Source: Laetmonice hystrix (Eukaryota). Taken from it: a stretch of 64,000 nucleotides of DNA. Below the pieces are notes generated by a model. It did not search any database and was not told the origin of the DNA. It saw nothing but the letters and a program-made list of their open reading frames with translations. Shown one piece after another: positions 11,905 to 23,900 of this stretch (position 1 is the stretch's first letter; each line of letters opens with the position of its first letter). The position numbers and the translations under genes were made by a program. Location of the stretch: positions 35,900,001 through 35,964,000 of the forward strand of contig OZ249436.1 of NCBI GenBank assembly GCA_965235115.1. The letters are read 5' to 3'.

Positions 11905-14900
11905 AGTCAGTTTATGTGGGCAGCCCTCACTGTAGTGTTTGCTCCAGTCTAAGGCTAGCCAAAGCAACCCTCACTGTAGTGTTTGCTTGAGTATAAGGCC
12001 AGTCAATACATGTAGGGGGCAGTCACTGTTTCCTCGAGTATAAAGCCAGTCACTAGAGTTGGCAAGCTGTCACTGTAGTGTTTGTTCCAGCCCAAGGGCA
12101 GTCAATACATGTAGAGAGCAATCACTGTTGTATTTGATCCAGCCCAAGGGCAGTCAATACATGTAGAGAGCCCTCCCTGTAGTGTTTCCTCCAGTCTAAG
12201 GCCAGCCAAATCATGTACAGAGCCATCACTGTATTGTTTGCTCCAGTATCACGCCTCTCAATACAATGTCATGTTGGGAGCCCTCACTGTAGTGGTTGCT
12301 CGAGTATAAGGCCAGTCAGTCCATGTGGGCAGCCCTCACTGTAGTGTTTCCTCCAGTCTAGGGCTAGCCAATACATGTAGAGAGCCCTCACTGTAGTGTT
12401 TCCTGGAGTATAAGGACATTCAATACGTGTAGGGAGCCCTCACTGTAGTGTTTTCTCCAGCCCAAGGGCATTCACTACATGTAGGGAGCCCTCACTGTAG
12501 TGTTTCCTCCAGTCTAAGGCCACTGATATATTTGGAGAGCCATCAATGTAGTGTTTCCTAGAGTACAACGTCCGTCAATACATGTGGTGAGCCCTCACTG
12601 TAGTGTTTCCTCGAGTATGAGGCCAGTCAGTCCATGTGGGCAGCCCTCACTGTAGTGTTTCCTCCAGTCTGAGGCCAGTAAATACATGTAGGGCCCTCAA
12701 TGTAGTGTTTGCTCCAGCCCAAGGGCACTCAATACAGAAAGGGACCCTCACTGTAGTGTTTGCTCGAGTATCAGGCCAGTCACTACATGTGGAGAGCCCT
12801 CACTGCAGTGTGTGCTGGAGTAGAAGGCCAGACAATACATGTTGGGAGCCCTCACTATAGTGTTTGCTCCAGCCCAAGGCCAGTCATTACATAGAGGGAG
12901 GCCTCACTGTAGTCTGTGCTGTAGTATAAGGCCAGACAATACATGTTGGGAGCCCTCACTGTAGTGTTTGCTCGAGTGTAAGGCCAGTTAATACATGTAG
13001 GGAGCTCTCACTGTAGTGTTTGCTCGAGTATAAGGCCAGTCAGTACATATATGTGGGGAACCCTCACTGTAGTGTTTCCTCGAGTATAAGGCCGGTCAAT
13101 CCAGGTAGAGAGCCCTCACTGTACTGTTTTCTGGAGTATAAAATTAGTCAGTACACGTGGTGAGCGTTCATTGTATTGTTTGCTCGAGTATAAGGCCAGT
13201 CAATGCATGTAGGGAGCCCTCACTGTCATGTCTGCTCCAGCTCAAGGCCAGTCATTACATGCAGAGAGCCATCACTGTAGTGTTTGCTCCAGCCCAAGCG
13301 CAGTCAATACATGTAGCGAGCCATCACTGTACTGTTTGCTCTTGTCTAAGGCCAGCCAATACATGTGGAGAGCCCTCACTGTAGTGGTCCAGTGGCCTCA
13401 GACATGTGGCGAGCCCTCGATCAGTGTAGTGTTCGCTCGAGTATAAGGCCAGGCAGAACATGTGGGCAGCCCTCACTATAGTGTTTGCTCCAGTCTGAGG
13501 CCAGTCAATACATGTAGGGGTCCTCACTGTAGTGTTTGCTTCAGCCCAAATGCATTCAATACATGAATGGAGCCCTCACATGAGTGTTTGGTCGAGTATA
13601 AGGCCAGTCAGTCCATGTGGGCAGCCCTCACTGTAGTGTTTGCTCCAGTCTGAGGCCGGTCAATACATCTGGCATTTATAACGGACAGTGCTTCGACAGT
13701 GACAACTCGCAAAACATAAACATAAAGATATATACAACACAATCTTTAGTGTGATAAGTTGGACTACGTTTTGGCAAAAGGTCTCTTTTGGGTGTTTTGC
13801 ACCCATTTCACGTTTTCTATAAATCGCTCTCCTAGCTAAATAACATGCGATCTGTGAATTTGAAATAGCCCAAAAATCCGACGGTGTCTTGAATAGTTTG
13901 CTAGCTTTGGGGGCTTTTGCCCTTATGATTAGCTCAGAAAATAACTTTTATTGCCCCCTTTTGAACGATAATAGGGGATATATGGTTAAATAAAATACTG
14001 GAAAATAAAAGTGCCGATTAAAAGCTTTAGGAGACGTATCGTTGGCCTCTTTCACAACTCAGAAGTCACCAGCTTCAGGGGGAGCACAGGAGCGTCTAGA
14101 TGTTCTTCAGGAATCCACATGCGCTCCCCAGAATGGCGTTTTGGGGAGTTTCTATTCATTAAATTCTCAGAATAAAGATTTCACAAGGAAGTAGACACCT
14201 TTGACCTGTCTCAGTGCTATTTGCTTTAGTTTCCAGGTCGTTTATTGGTGTTTCAGCCTCTGTCGTTATACAAGGTGCCAGATCGGCGCTTGCTGCCTCA
14301 TCGTTGTAACTTGGTTTTTTCGTATAGAGCGCACTAGCGCATCGGACCGTCACAGCCACAGTGAAGGAAGCAGCTTGAAGGCACCTCGCTCAGAGCGTCT
14401 AGATGTTTTTTTCAGAAATCTGTAACGCAAAGACAAGTGGAAGAGAGACACGAATGTGAAAATGTCCAGTGAAGTTCGAAATGGAGACCGGTGCGGAGGG
14501 GGGGGGGGGGATTTCGACCTACCGTCCCCGACCACAAACATTTAGAACGAATTGAAACGTATCCGAAATGCGTCTAAAAATAGCCTTGCGGAACCGTTTC
14601 TACCTGTACAGACGCGCGCTCAATGCTTTTCGAATCGGACCACCTGAAAGCGTGTCGTCGTAGTGCGCCGATTATTCGGCGGTAAATCGCCGACCGAAGC
14701 GGAGCGGGCATAGTATGAACAAGGCTTTAAGGCCTGGACACACACGGGTGTCAAGCAGCAAGTGTTTTATGGGCCTAGGGGCTATCGGCAGTCTATCCTT
14801 CATCTCGCCAGACACGCAGATTCACAGACAACCAAATACATGTATAGAATAGATACTTTTATTTAGCACACTGAACTTGGCAGTTAGCAAAGTATCAAGA

Positions 14901-15399
14901 ACATATAAATGTTGCTCAGTAGATTGTACAACTCGCAAAGGCCAACCCTACTGGTGTAGGCCTAGAGTCTTCGCCAATTGACATTGTTACCTCTGATCTT
15001 AGACTTCCTATAGTAACATTTCAGATCACGTGAATGTGGTACACTTAAATACTTTTGATTAGTGAAAAAATATGTACTTACAATTCTTTCTACAAAGTAC
15101 CACTGTCAGATTATTATATATACAATTACTGGTTCACAGTGAGAAGGGTGACGACTAATATATACCTTTAGTTACACGTACATGAACAACATTTCGGGGT
15201 TGTCAACATATTTCGCTGGCTTATTTCACCAGAAAACAAGGCATTGCGTTCTTTGTAAATTCTACTCGATAAAAATTGCACATGAACACGAGCGGGCCCC
15301 CCCTCCTCCTGTGCCCCCCCCCGCTCGTCTCTTGCCCACATCTAACCAATCAAAGATGTTTTTAGATATGCTTCATAGCAAGAACTATCACCTTGCATA

Positions 15400-15673
15400 T
15401 GCGCAATCCCTCAAAGTAAAAATGGGTACACACTGTCAAGTCTTAATCAGTGCAAGATAAAGAGTGAGGTCTTAAATCGTACTGCAAGACAAACGCGTAA
15501 CGGGATGAGAGTCTTCACTGTGGGAGAATATGGCACGAGATGCCTGGCGCATGAATACGGCACGACATGAATCGTGAAATCTAAGACGTCAGAGCTACCT
15601 CAGTCTTATCTTGCACTGAATTGTCAAAGTCTTGCCAGTGTCTAACCATTTTTACTTTGAGGGATTTTGCACA
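15400..15673. mobile_element. MITE with ~70-bp imperfect TIRs flanked by TA
   Basis: TGCGCAATCCCTCAAAGTAAAAATGG...CAGTGCAAGATAA pairs with TTATCTTGCACTG...CCATTTTTACTTTGAGGGATTTTGCACA. Confidence 0.7.
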
Positions 15674-16051
15674 TAAAACCGTTACGTTGGAATGTTGATA
15701 AGCAGTGTTCTTCCCAGGAAAGGAGAACCAACAAGACCAGTTAAACAACAAACACACATTAATATTGGGTTTCAGGCATCAGTTGATAAGCATGTCAGGA
15801 GTACTCCTGTCCGGTCGGGGACTTTTTGAGACTATTAGCCCTTTTTATTCATGCCCACTGATTTAACAAATTTTAAGCAGTCCATTCACATGTTACAGTG
15901 GAGAAATGAGACATTTCAAAACGCTATCACATAAAACTCTGACAATCACTACAATTTAAAGTTGCATGTTATTCTAATTCCATGATCCTGCAATCTACCC
16001 GCAAAAACAGATAGGAGGTTGTTCATAATGCGGCAACAAATAGGCCCTCCA

Positions 16052-16079
16052 CAAAGAGCGTAATATATTACGCTCTTTG
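16052..16079. repeat. Perfect 28-bp palindrome, possibly a minimal TIR element
   Basis: CAAAGAGCGTAATA|TATTACGCTCTTTG; the flanks CCCTCCA and CCCGCCA resemble a 7-bp TSD with one mismatch. Confidence 0.8.
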
Positions 16080-17868
16080 CCCGCCATACGAAAAGCCTTC
16101 AGGTTATATTGCTAAGTTAGTCCATTTGTAACGTTACGGTTAAATTTCAAGAACACATTTATACAGGACGCAGTGCAATAGAGCATACATGATTATATCT
16201 TCGGTTGATTCAATGTTTTGATATAACAGAGTAATTAAAACATTGTCATCATAAGTGAGCCAATTAACGTCAACCCTTCTCATCACAGACTTACTTCGTT
16301 CGGCCACTGCGCGTCCAAGTTTATAAATACACGTATAAGGGATACATACTTCGTTGAGACCTTTGGATATACAAAGCTGGAAGACAAGGCAGTTGGCACA
16401 ATCTCTCCAAATACATATCATGCCAATACATACCATTACATGTTACATAACATGTCATTAAGTATACGTGTATGTGTGCGGTGTATGTGCTGGCTGACTC
16501 CACTAAGCCGGTTAGCCAAACGCTTTGATCAAAACCATCTCTCCAGTTTGAACACCTCTTTCAAATTGCCACAATTTGATCATGTTTTTATGATGGACAA
16601 CATAAAACAATACCGCTTGGCATGGTCTTTAACCAACACATTCAAACACTCCGGTGGATGGTACCAATATAAGATACCCGGTGGAGACTGAAGCCAAATC
16701 CTTAAACCTGAAGTACATATGGTCAACTGGTCGGTAATTAGGCTTATTGCCCGATCTCCTACACCAAATTAATTATCCCCATCTGATCCCCAGTCCTTAC
16801 TCTAGATATAACGTCCATGGATTACTTCGGTCGAAAACCTGTTGTCAGCTTTTTGTTCGTTCAAATTCTTGGTAGGCTTCTCGTTCTGCCGAAAAGGTAC
16901 CTTGAAAAACATACGAGAAAGTACATACAAAGTTTGCAGAACTTCGAAATACCCCGGCATACTGCTAAGTCTCCTACTGCCCACCTACAAACGGAATCTT
17001 GTTTGTATTGTAAAAAAAACATTAGATACCTTTTAAATCATGACGGGATTCACGAATGGTCTCTCCATGAATAACAATGGCTTAACAATTAGTACCACCA
17101 ATATATGATAATCTTCAGCATATCTGGTAGCAGAAAATAATGCAAATAATATATCATGTACATGAACTAAAACATTTTCATATAGGCCTAGAGCAGTACA
17201 GTTTATATGCTCATACAAATTATTTCGGAATGTCCTTTTTTCATTTAAGGACAGAAAAGGGAAATATAGACATAACGTACACATAACAACCGTTGAATTG
17301 CCCTCAGCTAGGATATGACTATGACAATTGTTAAAAGTTAGTGTAATCTTCACTGTTATTTAACTACAGTCAAACCCAGTAATGACATTCAAATTTGCTA
17401 GCTTCATCTGTCATTTCTCAGGTTCATCTCTCAAAATTAAAGAAGAAAGGCCAATTATATACAAGTCATTCTTTGTCATAGTAAATAGTGTGTAGATCAC
17501 TAATTCTTTATATTAACACTTTATTTTTCAACATTCTGTCTGAAAGATCTCATCTCATATCGACACCATTTTATTTCATATTTCACGATTAACTAACTAT
17601 ACAACTTATATCACATATCGACCAACAAACTTTACTGCAAGCGTCTGCAGCTATATCTTGTCCTAATATGACACCATAAATCAATTCTTAAAGTGCAGGA
17701 ACAAACGATTACACTTGAGGATGTCCTCACCTTACCCAGACTGATATTTTACAACTGATAGGATGTCCGAGGTATAATCCTGCCAACTTGGTCGCAGTTC
17801 AATCCTTCACAATGCCTGGGTCGCACCAACTGAGAACGTGTGCTGCCATCTGACGTTGACCGTCCGCA

Positions 17869-17981
17869 TCAATTCCAGTTCCCGGACTTGAGTATAGTGG
17901 CGCCACTGGCATAGACATCCTCCCGTTGTGCAACTAACCTTTTCTTCAGCTCATCTTCAAATGAGGTCATGCCACCGAAAC
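17869..17981 (-). CDS. STAP: STAP-like last coding exon (FGGMTSFEDELKKRLVAQREDVYASGATILKSGNWN*)
   Basis: Acceptor CGCTTTAG|; in phase; TGA stop at 17869-17871. Confidence 0.83.
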
Positions 17982-20900
17982 CTAAAGCGAAAGAATTTAG
18001 CAAAAATTTACTCAATGGAAAACTGAAGTTGAAAAAAACTGCACAAAAACCTGCTGTCAGCACAAGCCACCAGCCTGGGACAGTCACATAATGGATCGAT
18101 CTGGAGAGAAAAACCTTTCTCCTGTACTAGCAATATCAGAGGTGGGGGGAGGGGGGTATCCATAGAGTGGCCTAGGGGCCACGTACCTCCCTAGGTCGCT
18201 AGGGACAACAATAGACTCCAAATGGCTGTTTCCACTAGAATTTTACCCCAATCGTGTGACCCTCTGCCCCTCCCAGAGTGCTACCCCTGAGAACGAGATC
18301 CGTGCTTGCTGAAGGAACTGGACTTAGTATTGTTAAATTAGTTATCCCCTCTGTCCCCCCCCCCCTTGTCACCTGGTCAAGAGGTGAAGCGAAGATTTGA
18401 TCGATTTGATTTGATTTGGTTGAAGTCTAATTACATACATGTAACTTAGAAGGGTACGTGGGCATTGGGTTGGGTAGGAAGGTATATGGTTTATGCCTAT
18501 AGCGAAACTATTTTTGAAAAGAAACTTGTAGACATACCGCCTGGTTTAGGTGGTGTGGGTGGTGGTCTGCCAGCCCCTGGTGGTGACGTCATAAACCCTG
18601 ATGACTGTAGGGGTTGGTCTGATGGTGCCATGTCAACCCGATTATAGTCGGCTCGAGCCGTGTTGAATCCGCCAGGTGGCGGAGGAGGAGGCATAAGAGC
18701 CCCCATAGACGGCAGTGGTGGTGGTGGTGGTCCCCCGCCGAGTGGTGGTGGAGGTGGCGGCATGCCTGCACCACTGCCACCCGTTCCGAAACCGTAATCC
18801 CCAGTTCCATAACCGTACGCATCATCCGACATTTGACGGGAAACTCCTACGGGAAAAACAGCCAAAAATACTTGGTTGCCACAATCCAGACATCAAAACA
18901 CTGTATTTATATATGCCTGGACTCCCACACAATGCACGAAACCAGACTCACGCATTATACCAAGGCACTACAAGTAGGCTGGCGATCCGTTTAAATATTA
19001 GGCCTAGGCCTAACTAAGCACAGAAGTTTTAGAACAGCAAGCAAAGTCACAAACACCAAGACCATATTACTTTTTATCTGGCCGACAGACACAAACATTC
19101 ATTGTTAAATTCAAATTTGCAATTTTTAGTAGGTCTAAGTGCCGACAGACGACAGACAGTTCATTCCGTGTGGAGAGCTATTTTTGGAAGATTGGGGGAA
19201 CAGAACCCATGTGCAATGCCCACAGCCTGTGCACCTATTGTGTGGCGTTACCTTGGCTAGAACCCGAAGTGGACATCCGATCGAAACTGGACTCGAGACT
19301 CTCGTTTCGCTGCAGAGTTTCTGTGGGAGTCATCCTCGGAGGTACTGCAACACGTCCACACACACACACGTACTACAGGCTCCATGTGTGCTGAGCTCAT
19401 CACAACTCACTCCTTACACACTCCGTAACGTCAACTTTAACTTCTTCCAACTACGGCTTATTTTTATAAGCGAGGTTTTAATCAGTGATTTATTAATTTT
19501 GCCCATCTGTGATGCAAATCAGAATCTTCTGTACATTACTTCTAATAGTAGGCCTAATGGACTTCTTGTGACAGTAGAGAGTAAATGAACATGTAGGATT
19601 TGCCCTCAAAAGACCAATCTGTGGTTGTTATTCATATCGATTCAGCGACATTTTAACAAGATAATATTGCCAATGGGGCAGGCGTGCACGTGAGAGGTTC
19701 AGATCGAGTTTAGTTTGATCAGATAAATTAAATGTGCATGTTAATTTGTTGGTTCAATTTTGTAATTGTGTTTGCTTGATTGAGGAACATGTTGCTTTGC
19801 TAGCGTTTAACTTATCATGATTTACCTGTTCTATTCAAACTGGGGTCTGAGAACCCGCCCTCTGGTGGTGGACCCGCACCTGAAAGATGAGACACGGTGT
19901 GACATGTGTGACCAGGAAGGTGTCACTGTGACGTGTGACCAGGAAGGTGTCACTGTGATATATTGACCAGGGAGGTGTCACTGTGATATATTGACCAGGG
20001 AGATGTCACTATGACATGTTGACCAGGGAGGTGTCACTGTGACATGTGACCAGGAAGGTGTCACTGTGACGTGTGACCAGGAAGGTGTCACTGTGACATA
20101 TTGACCAGGGAGATGTCACTATTACATGTTGACCAGAGAGGTGTCACTGTGACATGTTGACCAGGGAGGTGTCACTGTAACATATTGACGAGGGAGATGT
20201 CACTATGACATGTTGACGAGGGAGGTGTCACTGTGACATGTTGACGAGGGAGGTGTCACTATGACATGTTGGTAAGGGAGGTGTCACTATGATATTTTGA
20301 TCCTCCACGTGTCACCGTGACATGTTGACCAGGGAGGTGTCACTGTGATATTTTGACTTGGGAGATGTCACTTTGACATGTTGACCAGGGAGGTGTCACT
20401 GTGACATGTTGATCAGGCACGTGTCACCGTGACATGTTGATCAGGTATCAGAGTCAGCTGCGGTCAGCCACCCGGCGCCGCTCAGTCCGCACCACGTAAA
20501 CACACGCCAGGTGGCGCACCGGTCTCAGACAGGTGATTTTATTGCGGACTGTACATGTACATGTAGGCTACATTGCAGCACGACACGTTAATACGTCCAC
20601 ACTAGCTCTCAGGCTACATTTACGGGTGTGACCTTGAGAACCTGAAGGCGCTATGTTCTGACCCGACTACTGGTAATCTGACCTCTGACAGGTCACGCTT
20701 AGTGCAGTTGTATACGTCACTGAACCAGTTACCTGATGTATACATGTACACGTGAACCAGTTACCTGATGTATACATGTACACGTGAACCAGTTACCTGA
20801 TGTATACATGTACACGTGAACCAGTTACCTGATGTATACATGTACACGTGAACCAGTTACCTGATGTATACATGTACACGTGAACCAGTTACCTGATGTA

Positions 20901-23900
20901 TACATGTACACGTGAACCAGTTACCTGATGTATACATGTACACGATAGGGTTAGCCATAGAAAACATTATCAGCGTCCTACAACTGTGGTTATTTGAGGA
21001 GAACATCTTCCTATCCTTGTTAGTCATTCCAACGTCAAATAACGACCCCCTTCGAAGGTTTCCGAGAGCGATTGGTCAATTCAAGTAGGCCTATTCATAC
21101 CTTTTTGTAAGACTTTTTGTCAACTGAAGATGTCGGATTCAACCGACACAACATACAGGCCTAAATCTGTTTGAAGTTACTTGTAGCTAAATTCTAATTT
21201 CCGATTAGCACTTAAACAGACCCTGCTTTAACTTTACCGTAAAAATCGAAGAATGTCTCTGTGAATTCAAGAATCCATGACTGAGATGTTATAACCAGAA
21301 GACATAAGCTTTTATTCCGATGTAAAGTATTCTGTAACTCCAAGCAACACCCTGTGTCTATCCTCACAGTTCCCGATACACATGGTTGCCTGAGCTGGCC
21401 CTGTTTGGATGATTACGACATGGCCTCCCTGCTATTACTAGAGGAAGTACATACCATGTTACACGTTCTACTCCACTTAGTTGTATGATGATTGTCATTT
21501 TATGCTAGACTGAACATGTACGAGTAAGTCAACCACAAACACCATGCACGTCAATGTGTAAGTTCTCAATCAGATTATGCTGCATACTCTTTGTAATATT
21601 ACAAGGACACATAGCTTAATCTACCCCAAAGCCTAAGATAGGTCGAGATAGACAACCCATTCTACCCATCAGCTAGTATTAATACATGCAGCGTCTACCA
21701 ACTACGACTCCGCAAGGTCACTCAACCATGGCAGGGATGACTAAACACGCTACCTTTGCTAGACTGTCATACACACACTGGCCATAAGTATCGCAACATT
21801 GAATAACACATCAAAGTCCAGTTTGAAAAACTGTGTTACAAAAATTTCTTCCATTTTCTTTATACTATACTCAAGACGTCCTGAAAGTGCACCGATCTGA
21901 AGCCTTTTTTCTGGCCTTCCTCGGAAACAAAGTCCTTCAATACCTTGTCGGGTAACCACGTGACCTGATAATTTCCCGAATCGGTCATAAGAATCTGACA
22001 ATCGGCAGGAGACGCCGATCTTCTCTCGATGTATGGACGACCACGTTTAATTTTTCATGGTATCAGTTTGTTAGTACCATACCCATCTGGCTGTGTCCTG
22101 CACCCAAACATCTTCTTCTCTCAGAGAAATGAGTACATGACGTTCAGCATTTGTAAGTTCTCGTACCTTCGGCATGGGAGGAGCAACATGAACCCCCTTA
22201 TACAGTCTCATCTGGGTCCAGTTCGTAAAAAAATGAGATCTTGCTTAAGCTTAAGCTTAACGCTTCTGATTGGCTGATCTACTGAGGCCGGCCAATCAGA
22301 AGTCTTAAGCTTAAGCTTAAGCAAGAGCTTAAGTTTTTACGAACTGGGCCCTGGTCAACCTTTCCCTTTATACACGGAGAGCATGAGCAAGTATTCGGTA
22401 ATACACGATCGATGAGATCGGAATGAAGGACTGTTTCTCCTGCTACTGTTCAGTGCGATATTCATCATGTTGCAATATTTCTGGCCAGTGAGTGTATGTC
22501 CGGTAGGAAGTAAATTACCCAGTCAATCACCCATAGCTACTATAATCCCAACACCAAGTACAGCAATGACACCAAGTACAGCAATGACACCAAGTACAGC
22601 AATGACACCAAGTACAGCAATGACACCAAGTACAGCAATGACACCAACAGCACAACAGTTACAGTGACAGGTCCAAGGCGGGAATATCACACCCAGCTTT
22701 TACACATTTGTAAAGCAACCGTTTAAATAGAAACTTTACAGTAAACTGAACTTTGAAATGAAGTACACTCATGAAGCACAAAGTGTTTGAAATGCTAACA
22801 GGTGTTGAAAGTCCTCTCACGGTCCTGATGTTTTGACATAGAGACGGCCACAGCAAGACTCTGCCACAGACAGGGGCAGTCTGAACAGTATGTTGTCAGA
22901 TCGTGGCTGCTTTCTAGGATAACTACTACTAAAAACACAGGACGGGTTTTCAATCTTACCTCTTGCTCGTGCTGATTGACGTGAAAAAGATCAAGTATTG
23001 AAATCAATCAAACTAATCAATGTCCAAAACTATGTGATGATATTATGGACCTAACTGTGGGGGTTGAGAGATGTGGTTGCAGACTGGGTGGATAGAGAAG
23101 TAAAGGTAGTCTTACCATCATAGACAGCGCGACCTCCGTACGTGTCCATGCTACCCATGCCGGCCCCGGGTGGGGGTGGTGGGGGTACAGGCGGGATGGA
23201 CAGTCTGGACTGGTCCCATTCTGTAACACAACCAACGGTTCCATCAACTTAATCAACTATACTACTAGTTTATATAGTGAACCTCTTCACCTTGGCCAGT
23301 CTATAGGTTTAATAGCTTTAGGTAACGTATGATTAGTAACATTTCATGACCTGAGTTTACTTTTCTTTGTAGTCTTTGGCTAAGCAAGACAGCACGAGAA
23401 AATGTCTAGACATAACAGCTTAGCCTTTTTCATCAGTTTAGCTAGCCATTACTCTAACTGTAAGTAATGCTTGAGTTACTGCAACGCTTTATCGGCATTA
23501 TCGGTAAAAAGTACCGGTAATGATTCAAGAATATGTGAACAAAAATAAACACAGCTGAACGAGCAGGTCTGAGGCAAACACATAAAGAGGCAGTCCAGAC
23601 ACGATCTGATACAAAAGTGAAATGGATTTTGAGAAAGCACCACCAGCAGTCTACGACAGTCAAAAGTAAGGATACTCTGAAAGTCAAAGGAAAACTAGTA
23701 TTATAAGGAAATGTTTAATTAATAGATAACCTGAAACTTGCGAAGGTTGAGCAAAACAAACATCGGTCCATACTTACGGGGTGTCTTCTTTTTCATATCA
23801 TACTCGATTTCCATAGCAGCTTGCTGGATTTCGCCGGGTACGCTGCCTGTGACGTTCATCTGGATTTTACCTCCTCCCCGTGGACGTGTATGTACGTCAG

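Larger units (their letters stand above)
10924..13668. repeat. 52-bp satellite, ~50 monomers with subtype periodicity
   Basis: Consensus CCCTCACTGTAGTGTTTGCTC(C/G)AGT(C/A)TAAGGCCAGTCAATACATGTAGGGAG. It is the reverse complement of the AAACACTACAGTGAGGG subrepeats in the 1.09-kb unit. Confidence 0.97.

Noticed and set aside
8251..13668. CRISPR-like appearance of the 50-bp and 52-bp arrays (also 42232-42848)
   Set aside because: Monomers are contiguous without unique spacers, there are no cas genes, and the context is eukaryotic.
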